From: Anthoceros angustus
Lineage: Eukaryota; Plantae; Anthocerotophyta
Assembly (NCBI GenBank): GCA_010909165.1
Contig: MU008150.1
Span: 372,001 to 436,000, forward strand
DNA: 64,000 nt
Direction: 5' to 3'
In this document: positions 1 to 11,290 of the stretch, piece after piece
Position numbering within the stretch: position 1 is the first letter of the stretch
Layout: each line of letters opens with the position of its first letter
Translations under genes and position numbers: made by a program
The notes under the pieces: generated by a model
The model's input: the letters and a program-made list of their open reading frames with translations, nothing else
What the model was told of the DNA's origin: nothing
Database searches by the model: none

Positions 1-240
1 CCACAGTGTACTTCATCTGGCTACGAGTTATGATCTACTAGGAGAATTATCCCAGAATGTACTTCATCTGGCTACGAATCATGGTCTAGAAGGAGAAACA
101 TCCCACAATGTACTTCATCTGGCTATGAGTTATGGTCTACAAGGAGAAACATCCCAGAATGTACTTCATCTGGTTACGAATTATGGTGTACAAGGGGAAA
201 CATCCCACAATGTACTTCATGTGGCTATGAATTATGGTCG
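1..240 (+). repeat. 51-bp tandem repeat, about 4.6 copies, running off the window start
   Basis: TGTACTTCAT recurs at 7, 58, 109, 160 and 211 (period 51). The + frame reads P(Q/E)CTSSGYELWSxRRNI in each unit. Confidence 0.95.
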
Positions 241-664
241 GAAATGAGACACCATGCACACCTCCCATGCCATAAACTGTAGCGTGGATGCACAGAATTC
301 GGTCATACATAGGCTTAGCCTCATGTGGAGCCAAATGGAGAAGCCTTACCTCCATGTTGTACCCACGGTGGCGCAAGAACGAAGCTGGCACGTGGGAGGG
401 AGACCGGCGAGGCAAGGGCGAACCCTGCAATTTTACATGCCTTTCTCCGAAGGCCACAAATGTCTTGGTTGCGGTCCCCTCGTGACTCGATGTCGTCATG
501 TTGCTGATGCACAAGAAGATTTCACGATGATGGACACAAAGGTTGTCCTGTCACCCACTTCTGACTACGGTTTAGTGTTGCCTCATCTCATGGCGTTTCC
601 GTGCTAGTGCATCATGCAATGCTGCGTGCTATACGTCAGCGGTTTCGTTTCAGCGGTGGAAGAT

Positions 665-1043
665 GCATTGGGGAGTGAGGAGAAATGACACAAATGGACC
701 CTAAACCTATGCCTAATCCAACACACCGCACCAATGCATTTGCCCCTTGCACCATTGGTTGGGATAGTCCCGGTATGATGCAATGCCATGTATCGGACTC
801 ATTTTCAAGACTGACATATCCATTTCTTTCCACGGCGAGGATTCAGAATCGTACAACCGCCACATTTTGGAGGTGCAGGAGGCATTGGGGAAGGACGAGG
901 AATGACACAAATGGGCCCTAAACCCGTGCCTAGGCGAACACACCGCGCCATTGCATTTGCCCCTTGCACCATTGGTTGGGATAGTCCCGGTAAAATGCAA
1001 TGCCATGTATCGGACTCATTTTGCATACTGACATATCCATTTG
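665..1043 (+). repeat. Direct repeat of about 160 bp with 217-bp period
   Basis: GCATTGGGGA...AATGACACAAATGG...CTGACATATCCATTT occurs at 665-826 and 882-1043. Confidence 0.9.
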
Positions 1044-1483
1044 TTTTCACAAATTCGCCTGTGCACGAAAGTGGACATCGTTATGCATGTCAGGCAGAGG
1101 GGTCACGAAATTGGCTGGCAAGGATAGCGTGGACCAGACGTTGAACACAAAGCAAATACATTGGGTTTATGCAAGGTTCCGCGCCCGGCTGCGATGTTGG
1201 AATGGAGTTCCCGCTTCTTGACGAATACACATATTGTATGTCTCACCTGAAAACCAAAATCTGACGCATAGAAGGGCATATTGCTGTGATGCATATACGC
1301 CATACGGAGAGGATGCAGGGTCGTGGAACCGACGTATTTGCAAAACGCAAGTACTTCATCTGCCTGCGAATGTTAGTCGCAATTCTACAAAGCCTTCAAG
1401 TTTCATTGCACAATGTGTCATGTGCATCTTGTATATAGGTAAGGAAGAGGGAATTGTTTCTGATGAATCACCCGCCTATACGA

Positions 1484-2871
1484 CGATGGGGTGCTTCGCC
1501 CTTTTTTTTTTGTAACGTATGTTGTTTAGATATGTGCACGCTGCAAATAGCTATTTTCACGGACTAAAACCGAGGTGCCACGAGCCCTATTATGAAATGC
1601 CATATAATGAGATGATTGGACAGGGCAGCATGGACTACGTATTCGACAAAGAGCATAGAGACAGGTTGTCGAAGCAGAGAATAGTATAATGGCTTGAATA
1701 GTGTAATTGAACGGCAGTTTGCATATGACAGTGCATAACACATGCAAGATACGTGCGTTCTGCACTGTCATTTGCAAACTGACATTCAATTACACTATGG
1801 TGCACACGAAGAGCATGGGGAATAAGGTCGCCCACGAGACGTGGGAAACGCTTAGACTGATGTACCGATAGACCAATTTCCGTCCACTATTCTCCATTCG
1901 TGGGGACGTTGATACGGTGCACTGGTGAAAATAATGTGGTGTGAGGATGCACAGTTATATGGAGGGCCAGTAGGAGAGGCAAGTGTAGACAAAGTGTCCG
2001 CAACGGTTACCCTTTTTGATATACCACAGTGAAGCATTTGGGGAAAAAAAAGGGGGTAGAATAATAGGAGGTATAAAATAGTTCAACCAATCAAGCGAAG
2101 AACACAGTATATGGATTAATAATAAAATTGGTCATGGGCTGGAGGGTGTCCCCTTCCGCCGGTGCACTTGGGCTATATATGTCGATGGGGTGCTTCGCCC
2201 TTTTTTTTTTGTAACGTATGTTGTTTAGATATGTGCACGCTGCAAATAGCTATTTTCACGGACTAAAACCGAGGTGCCACGAGCCCTATTATGAAATGCC
2301 ATATAATGAGATGATTGGACAGGGCAGCATGGACTACGTATTCGACAAAGAGCATAGAGACAGGTTGTCGAAGCAGAGAATAGTATAATGGCTTGAATAG
2401 TGTAATTGAACGGCAGTTTGCATATGACAGTGCATAACACATGCAAGATACGTGCGTTACGCATATTTGCAAACCGACATTCAATTACACTATGGTGCAC
2501 ATAAGAGCATGGGGAATAAGGTCGCCCACGAGGCGTAGAACGCTAGATCGATGTGATAGACCAATTTCCGTCCACTATTCTCCATTAAGTGGGACGTTGA
2601 TACGGGTGGTAAAATGAATGTGGTGTGAGGATGCAGTTATATGGAGGGCCGAGGAGAGGCAAGTGTAGACAAAGTGTCCAGACAAGCAGTTACCCTTTTG
2701 ATATACCATGGAAGCATTTGGGGAAAAAAAGGGGTAGAATAATAGGAGGTATAAAATAGTTCAACCAATCAAGCGAAGAACACAGTATATGGATTAATAA
2801 TAAAATTGGTCATGGGCTGGAGGGTGTCCCCTTCCGCCGGTGCACTTGGGCTATATATGTCGATGGGGTGC
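1484..2871 (+). repeat. Tandem duplication of a unit of about 690 bp
   Basis: Units are 1484-2182 and 2183-2860. CGATGGGGTGC occurs at 1484, 2183 and 2861. The second copy has many small deletions. Confidence 0.95.
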
Positions 2872-4699
2872 GATAAAAACCAATAAAATCAGCCCAAAAA
2901 ACAATGCGCTCCACACCTTTCGGCTGCCGTAAAATGGCACGCAAAAACGGTGTGAGAATAAGGGGGTGGCAGATATAGTGAATAATGTATTCTGACAAAT
3001 GGTGCTATACACCCTTTTGAGGAGATGCCCTTTATTCATATGGAGGGAAATAAGGGCTTGACAAGAGCCTATGAGGCGCGAACGCAAGGTGAAACATGCC
3101 AAGGTGCGCCTTAATTCGCCTTGCGCCTGCGCACGTGAGGTGCCATCCTTCTCCTGGAGGACGATACGGGGTAATTTTCCATGCCTACGGTGGGGTGACA
3201 GGGGAGGGAGGGGGTGGGGTTCCGGCCTGCAGCACAGCAGGCGATGGGTGAGGCAAAGTTTTGGCGTCGCAGAGGTTGGGAAAGGCAAGTTGGGTGCAAT
3301 GGGTGAGGAAATGGGCAACGCATCGCCATACTGCGTGCGTCGAGAGCTTGGATGAACACAATGGCGGAAAAGACGGCCTCAATCGGGCCGGCCGTATAAC
3401 CTCTACCAAGAATCAAAGACTTGAGTTGGAAAAGAACAGTTGCAATAGCCGTGGCGACTCTTGAGCGCACACTATTCCTACCGACGGCAACCGCCAAAAG
3501 CAGGAGACGACTCGGCTGGCTAAACCCTCCACGCTGCACCGAGTTTTGCGACGCCTTCGGGAGGGACGATGAGGAACCCGCGATCACTTGCGACTATGAG
3601 TGGCGGCGGCCATCCTAGGTAGGTTGTAGAGTGGGTGCGGCCGCATCATCCACGGGAGGTTCATGTGCTTTGGATGCGATGCATCGACGCATTACCTTGC
3701 GTGTAGGTGCAATGATGGTCGTGCCCGGTTGTGTCAAGGCTCTCACAGCCCACGTAACGGGTGTACGACATCAAGCGGGCTGGAAGATAGGTGGAGATGC
3801 AATGCCGCAGAGTACATCATCGGTGGCCCATGGTTCCCATCAACTATAGGAGCTCTCGAGTTTTGGACTTTGTTGAGGACCATCGAGCCAATGCTGAATG
3901 GAGGTATCGAGAGAAACTTATTCTATACCACCCGCACCGGCGGGGGATAAACGGGATGGAGTGGCGGTGGACAAAATTCACGGCGAGGCGCTTACCGCCC
4001 CGTGGAGTGCCATGTTTTCATGCATCAGTTTTGTGATTGGCCACCCAAATGGAAGGTGAATTATACCCGGGGAGTGTGGCGACTCACCGATACAAACGCC
4101 GCACAATCCCGTGTCGTTGTAGGAAGAGGTCCGCTTCCCATGGGGAAATAGGCCTCCGTTCCGCGCTTCGTGTGATTCTTACCTCACTTTGCGCTGTCAC
4201 CTCAACGCACATACGCCTAACTACTGCAACGTTCACTGACAGCCCAGATGGCCAAACGCTTAGGACCTGTTGTCTGTGACGTTTCACATTCGTCACTCAC
4301 ACTTCCCCTTTCTCTCTCCACTCACGCTACCATCATCGCCTTAGGGAAGACGCTGGTTACATGCCCCGACCTCCTCCGCTCGCTGGGCCTCTCCGTCCGG
4401 CTCAGACGCCTCCCGAGTTCCTCCGCCACACGCCCAAATGCTCGGCGGGTCGCGGCCCGGACGAGCACGGGTCACCGCCACCCTTCCCCGCACACACCAC
4501 AACACGCTAGGTCCGGCCACCAGACCTCGATCAATCTCCCGAGCCGCCGTGGCTCGCCTGACTCAGACTCACGTTAGCAAGAAGACACACAAAGGTCTGC
4601 AAGAACGCGATCAACACCAAGAGAAAGATGATTTATCTGTATGCCTTAGCCTCTTATACTACGCCAAGGTCGGCGCCTTTATTACACCTCTATTCGAGC

Positions 4700-7600
4700 C
4701 GAGGGCCACCGCCCTAACCGCCGCCTACTACCGCCTATTCCGCCTATCGCTGGCTTGGGGGCCGGGATGGCCTCGATTCCTTCTTGGCACCGGCCCAAAG
4801 CCGAGCCCCGCTCACAATCGGATGATCCGCGAGGCGGACCCTTCCTCTTCCCGAGGGTCTCAGTCGCGCACCCGCGGCCTGACAACGGCCACCACCAAGT
4901 CTTCCTCGTCCTCCCTCTTCTCAAGGGCCCTCGCGCAAGGCCTCCAAGGATCTGCTGGCCGGTGGATCGTGGCTCTCCCCACTCCCGAGTTTGGACCTCG
5001 TGACTGCCTCGACCGAGTCCGACCTCTAGGTCCGGCCTTCCTCCGGGTCCGGCCTCCGCCTCCGGGTCCGGCCCTGGGCCGGACTTGCCTCCGGGTCCGG
5101 CCTGACCCAACCTTCCTCGGGTCCGGACCTCGTGGTCCTGACTACTAGAGTCCTGATCCCTAAGTCCAGATTTCGGGGCCGGACCCTGATCCGCCTTTCT
5201 GAGTCCGGACAAAGTCCGACCTCGTGCCCCGGCATGCCTCCTCACCGGCTAGTCACGGGTTCATCCATCGAGCCTCCCTTGGTTCCCGAATGCCCGCTGC
5301 ACCCTTTCCCTTCCTCTCCAAGATCCTCCCTCTTCCTTCCATGCGAGGGTGCCGAGTGCTTACCTCCTGCAGGCCCTTCCTCCTCCTGCCTCCTCCGCCT
5401 CCTCGCCATTATCAAACAGCCCTAGGACTCCTGTGTTGCCCCCGGTCCGCCCTCTCTCGCCTCCTTCCATCCTTCCGAAGTCCACCTCCGCCTAGGGTGG
5501 CGCAGACCTCCAGAGCCTTGAGGAGCTCTGCGTGGTAGTAGGCGGTCGGAATCGACTTGTCAATCGCCTCCACATGAGCCGAGCACCCAGCATTCTCCTC
5601 CAGAGGTGCTCCAAGAATCGAGCAGATCGCTCACCGCCTGCCTCCGGGCCAAGCTTACCACCGAGGCGGGCGGACTTTGAGGCCGTCAAGGCTGCCTCAG
5701 TTACCTCTTGCAACCTTCGCCGCCGACGCTCTCCTCCTCCTGCTGTTCCAGCCCGCCGCTTATGGGCCATGGAGCCGAGCTCCCTTCGCCTCGCAACCGG
5801 ACGAGCAATCGTAGCCTCCTCCAAGGCTTTCTTCCTCCGCCTATTCTTTCCTGAGGTCCTCCACTTCCTTCTCCAGGCGGGCGGTATCCCGTCAGGCTCA
5901 CGGCTTCCTCCACATCCGCCGCAACCTTGCGACGCCGAACTCCTTGCACCGCCGCCATTCTCCTCCGTCTTCAAGCGGAGCTGGAGGCGCCACCTCGTCA
6001 AGTCTTGGATTCTCTCGCTGAGAACCCCCGCCCGATGCATCTTGGAGTTGCAACCCAAGGTGTCCTTCTTGTCCTCCAGCCTCCCGCCGCCTCTTCTACT
6101 CCCGCACTGCACTCGAGGTCCCCAATCTCCCGGGTCTTGGCCTCGATGCCTCCTCACGGCCACTGCTCGGCCTTGTTGGCCGTGGCTCTCGGCCGCCTCC
6201 ACCGGCCCGATCACGCCGATAGTGATCGCGATCGGCCGCCTCCGGCCTCCGCCTGGCCACCTTCACCGAGCCTCCGCCTTGGCTCGTCCACGGCCGCCTC
6301 TGAGATCCCGCGCCTGCTCGGCGCCCAAGGCCCTTCGCTCGCCGCCGACGCCTCCTCGCCGCAGAGGTCCTCCGCCCGCTTGGGCCTCCGCCTCCTCCTC
6401 CACCGAAGGAATTTGGTCCGGCCTGCGATGGACCAGACTCCTCTCGCCTCCCGGCTTCTTCCTCAATCCGCCGAGAGCTTCGCCTTCCTTCGCCTCCGGC
6501 CTCCCTCCAGCTGCTCACTGGAGGAGTACCATGCGCCCGGTGGCTTCCACCTCCGGGTCTTCTCGGCCATCCCAAGCAGTATCCTGTGAGCATACCGTCC
6601 CATGACGGTAGCTGTGACCCGCCGTGTTTCTTCCACGGCCGTGAGGCTCCCACAAAGTCCGTGGAGCCAGATCTCACGGTCCGTCAAGGACCTCCATACC
6701 GCAGCCCGAGTAAGTCCGGACTGGGTTCTCGACCCAATCAGACCCTTAGGTCCCGAGGCCGAGCTCCAAGCTTCCTCCTGGCCCTTTTGGTCATGAGCTC
6801 CTTCTCCGCCTTTTCCTCCCGGGCTCGGAGGTGATGGAGTCCGGAGCACGCCTTTGCCCCTTCCGCCGGGCGACAGACCGGCTCGATGCGGCCGCCGCTG
6901 TCCTCTCGCCTCGGCCCCTTTCGCCTCCCATCGCTTCCTCCGCTTGCCACTCCGCCGGCAGGGAAGAGGTACTGCACCGACCGGGTGCCGCTGGTAGCCG
7001 TGGTCTTGCGTCTCTTGGCTCTCTCACAGTCGGGGCTCCTCGGTAGGAGTGATGGCCGTGGCTCTCTCGGCCGCCTCCCTCCACGGTTCCGATCCGATAG
7101 TGATCGCGATCGGCCGCCGCCGTGGCCTCCGCCTCCTTGGCCACCTTCACCGAGCCTCTCCGGCTTGGCTCTGGTCGGTCAGGCTGCCTCGCGAGATCCG
7201 CGCCCGTTCGCGGGCTCGCTTCTGCTGCGCTCGCCCCTCTGCTGCGGTCCTCCGCCCGCTTGGGCCTCCTTGGCCTTCATTTGTTCCTCGGTGAAGGAAT
7301 TTAGTCCGGTCCTTGCGGATGGACGGACCTCCCTCTCGCCTCCCGTTTTCCTTCCTCAATCGGCCGAGGCTTGGCCTTCCTTCTCGCCTCACAGGCTCCC
7401 TCCAGCTGCTCACTGGAGGAGTACCATGCGCCTCGGGTGGCTTCCACCTCCGGGTCTTCTCGGCCATCCCTTGAGACCCCAGGCATACCGTCCATGGCAG
7501 GACCGCCGTGTTTCTTCCACGGCCGCCGTGAGGCTCCCACAAAGTCCGTGGCGGGGCCGGCATCTCAGTCGTCAGGACCTCCATACCATGATCCGGAGCA

Positions 7601-10600
7601 AGTCGGTGGGTTCTCGGACAATCGGGACCCTTAGGTCACGAGTCTTGGCTCGGCTTCCCCTCCTTGGCCCTTTTGGCGCGAGCTCCTTCTCGCCCTTTTC
7701 CTCCACAGGGCTCGGCGGAGGTGATGGAGTCAGGAGCACGCCCTTTGCCCCTTCACATCGGCGGGACCCGGCTCTGGATCTGCTGCCGGTGTCCTCCTCC
7801 TCCACAGGCGTCCCTTTACGCCTCCTTCTTGCTTCCGCTTCTTGCCACTCGTCGGCGGGGAAGAAATCCGGCCCAGGGTGCAGCGTTGGTAGCCGTGGTC
7901 TTGCGTCTCTTGGCTCTCTCACAGTCGGCGGGGCTCCTCGGTAGGAGTGATGGATGGCGGGCTGCTTGGGGTCAGGCACTTCTGTGGTGGCTGGTTGGGG
8001 CACGAAGGAGGCGGGGTGCTTCCCATACTTCCACAGGTGGTGAGGGTCCGTTCAGGGCGTATGGAGTCAGGAATCCTCGATCGTCCTCCTCCAGTCCGTT
8101 TGGTTTTCGGCGGGGCCTCCTCCCTCGGCGCCCTTGCCGCTCCACTTGGCGGGGCCTCGGTCCTTTCGGGCGCTCGCTCAAGCTCTCCTTCCTTGAGGAG
8201 CTCGAAATGCCCCCATACATGGATCGGTATGGGGGCCCAGATGGCGAGGCTTCGGTCTGAGCTTGCGAGCCTCACAGCTAAGCCGAAGATAATCCTTCCT
8301 CAATCGGCGAGAGCTTGGCCTTCCTTCTCGCCTCACAGGCTCCCTCCAGCTGCTCACTGGAGGTACCATGCGCCTCGGGTGGCTTCACCTCACAGGTCTT
8401 CTCGGCCATCCCCGAGACCCCAGGCATACCGTCCATGGCGGTAGCAGGACCGCCGTGTTTCTTCCACGGCGGCTAGTGAGGCTCCCACAAAGTCCGTGGC
8501 GGGGCCGGCATCTCCTGATCCGTCAGGACCTCCATACGGATCGGAGCAAGTCGGGGGGTTCTCGGACAATCGGGACCCTTAGGTCACGAGTCTTTGCTCG
8601 GCTTCCCCTCCTTGGCCCTTTTGGCGCGAGCTCCTTCTCCGCCCTTTTCCTCCACAGGGCTCGGCGGAGGTGATGGAGTCAGGAGCCGCCCCTTCACAGC
8701 GGCGGGACCCGGCTCTGGATCTGCTGCCGGTGTCCTCCTCCACAGGCGTCCCTTCGCCTCCTTCTTGCTTCCTCCTTCTTGCCACTCCGTCGGCGGAAGA
8801 AATCTTGCACCGGCCCAGGGTGCCGTTAAGTGGTCTTGCGTCTCTTGGCTCTCTCACAGTCGGGGCTCCTCGGTAGGAGTGATGGATGGCGCTGTCAGCT
8901 TCTTTGGGCATTTGGTTGGGGCACGGAAAGGAGGCGGGGTGCTTCCCATACTTCCACAGGTGGTGAGGGGTCCGTTCAGGGCGTATGGGTCGGAATCCTC
9001 GATCGTCCTCCTCCCGTCCGTTTGGTTTTCGACGGCCTCCTCCCTCGGCGCCCTTGCCGCTCCACTTGGCGGGGCCTCGGTCCTTTCGGGCGCTCGCTCA
9101 AGCTCTCCTTCCTTGAGGAGCTCGAAATGCCCCCATACATGGATCGGTATGGGGGCCGGATAAGGCTTCTCGGTCTGAGCTTGCGAGCCTCACAGCTAAG
9201 CCGGGCGAAGATAATCCTTCCCAGTCCGCCCTCTTCCCCAGCTGCGTGCGGGGCCAGGATTATCACCAAGGTGATCCACCTTGGTAGTAGGTTCCGATGG
9301 ACAATGATCCGGGCCACCGCCTCCTCCACCGGCCCGATCACGCCGATAGTGATCGCGATCGGCCGCCTCCTCCACAGGGTCCGGCCCCTGTGCCTTAGCA
9401 TCGCTGGCTGGCCCTATCTTCCCTTCGCCTTGAGGGGCCCGCACCACTCCCCTCTTCCTCCTTGGGGCGGTAGGCCGCCTCAGACCTCCAAGGTCCATCG
9501 CCTTGGGTCCTCCCGAGGTTCTTGACCGCACCTCCTTATTGACCGCCAAGATCTTCCGCAACTCCCGACCAGAGTGACACTATCAAATGTCCGCACTATC
9601 CGAACACATCCAAATGCCACTCCCGCACCACTCCCGCCTCGGAGCCAGAGCCCAAAGTCCGGATAGCGCGGGTCACAATGTTGCGCCCACAAGGTTCCAT
9701 GGCTCCCAAACTTCCGCGGGCTTTTGGGTGCCATCGCCTTCCTCCCTTGCCGCCGAGCCGCTTGTGAGACCGCCGGCACGCTGCGCCCGCCGCTCGCCGC
9801 CTCCGACCTCAACGGTGAGCCAAGACGCCCGAGTGTCCCACGAGATACCGCCAGAGCCGGATCGGAGCGCAAGAGATCGCGAGAATTGTCTCGAGGTCGC
9901 GAACAAATGACCTTCTTCCGCGACCACGCCGGGCGAAGATAATCCTTCCTCCTTGGGGCGGTTGTAGGCCGCCTCAGACCTCCAAGGTCCATCGCCTTCC
10001 TTCGCCTCCGCCTCCACTTCCTTCTCCGCCTCCTCCTCCCGCCGCCTCCTTGGGGCGGTTGTAGGCCGCCTCAGACCTCCAAGGTCCATCGCCTTCCTTC
10101 TCCGCCTCCGCCTCCACTTCCTTCTCGCCCTCCTTGGCCCTTTTGGCGCGAGCTCCTTCTCCGCCTCAGACCTCCAAGGTCCATCGCCTTCCTCCTTGGG
10201 GCGGTTGTAGGCCGCCTCCTCCGCCTCGGTCCTTGCGGATGGACGGACCTCCCTCTCCGCCTCCTCCCTCGGCGCCCTTGCCCGCCTCCTCCCGAGTCCG
10301 CTTGGTTTTCGACGACCGCCTCCTCCGGCCGCCTTGCCCGCCTCCACTTCCGGCAGGCCAGCCCTTTCCCGAGCGCCAAGCTCTCCTTCCGAGGAGTTCA
10401 AATGCCCCCATACATGGATCGTGCATGGGGATGCCTGATGGCGAAGGCTTCGCCCCGAGCTATGAGCCTCGCTAAACCGGGCGAAGATAATCCTTCCTCA
10501 TTTCCCCGGCCGCAAAGGTGAATACTAATAGATTATCACCAAGGTGATCCACCTTGGTGAGTAGGTTCGATGGACAATGATCCGCCACCGCCTCGACTCG

Positions 10601-11290
10601 ACCGTCCAACAGTCGGATATCGCCCAACCACAGGGTCCGCTATGCGCCCCTGTGCCTTAGCATCGCTGTGGGGCCCTATCTTCCCTTCGCCTTGAGGGGC
10701 CCGCACCACTCCCCTCTTCCTCCTTGGGGCGGCGCCTCAGACCTCCAAGGTCCATCGCCTTGGGTCCTCCCGAGGTTCTTGACCGCACCTCCTTATTGAC
10801 CGCCAAGATCTTCCTGCAAACTCGACCGTAGTGACACTATCAAATGTCCGCACTATCCGAACACATCCAAATGCCACTGCACCACCCTCCCGCCTCGGAG
10901 CCAGAGCCCAAAGTCCGGATAGCGCCGGTCACAATGTTGCGCCCACAAGGTTCCATGGCTCCCAAACTTCCGCTGGCTTTTGGGTGCCATCGCCTTCCTC
11001 CTTGGTTGTCAGAGCCGCTTGTGAGACGCCGGCGCACGCTGGCCACGCTCCGACCTCGACCAACGGTGAGCCGCGCCAAGACGCCCGAGTGTCCCACGAG
11101 ATACCGCCAGAGAGCCGGATCGGAGCGCAAGAGATCGCGAGAATTGTCTCGAGGTCAATGAAATGACCTTCTTCCGCGACCACGCCGGAGTAACCGGGCT
11201 GAGGGCGCTTCCCGTCTGTGAATCGCGAGGTCCGCATGGCTTACTCGCCCCACGCCGCACAGACCGCCTTACGCCGCCACACTGCCCCAC
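4700..11290 (-). repeat. GC-rich mosaic of tandemly amplified segments, probably transposon-derived, with Arg/Glu-rich coding-like frames on the minus strand
   Basis: Anchors recur: CTGCTCACTGGAGG at about 6511/7407/8350; CTCCCACAAAGTCCGTGG at about 6647/7535/8482; ATGCCCCCATACATGGATCG at about 8207/9127/10401; GATTATCACCAAGGTGATCCACC at about 9258/10531. No family-diagnostic domain was recognised. Confidence 0.8.

Noticed and set aside
3663-3710. CFGCDASTHYLAC as a gag zinc knuckle
   Set aside because: Spacing is not CX2CX4HX4C and no other gag features are nearby.
5532-7944. Long + strand ORFs (357 aa, 352 aa) as genes
   Set aside because: Pro/Ser/Arg-rich shadow frames of GC-rich repeats; the frames are not preserved between repeat copies.
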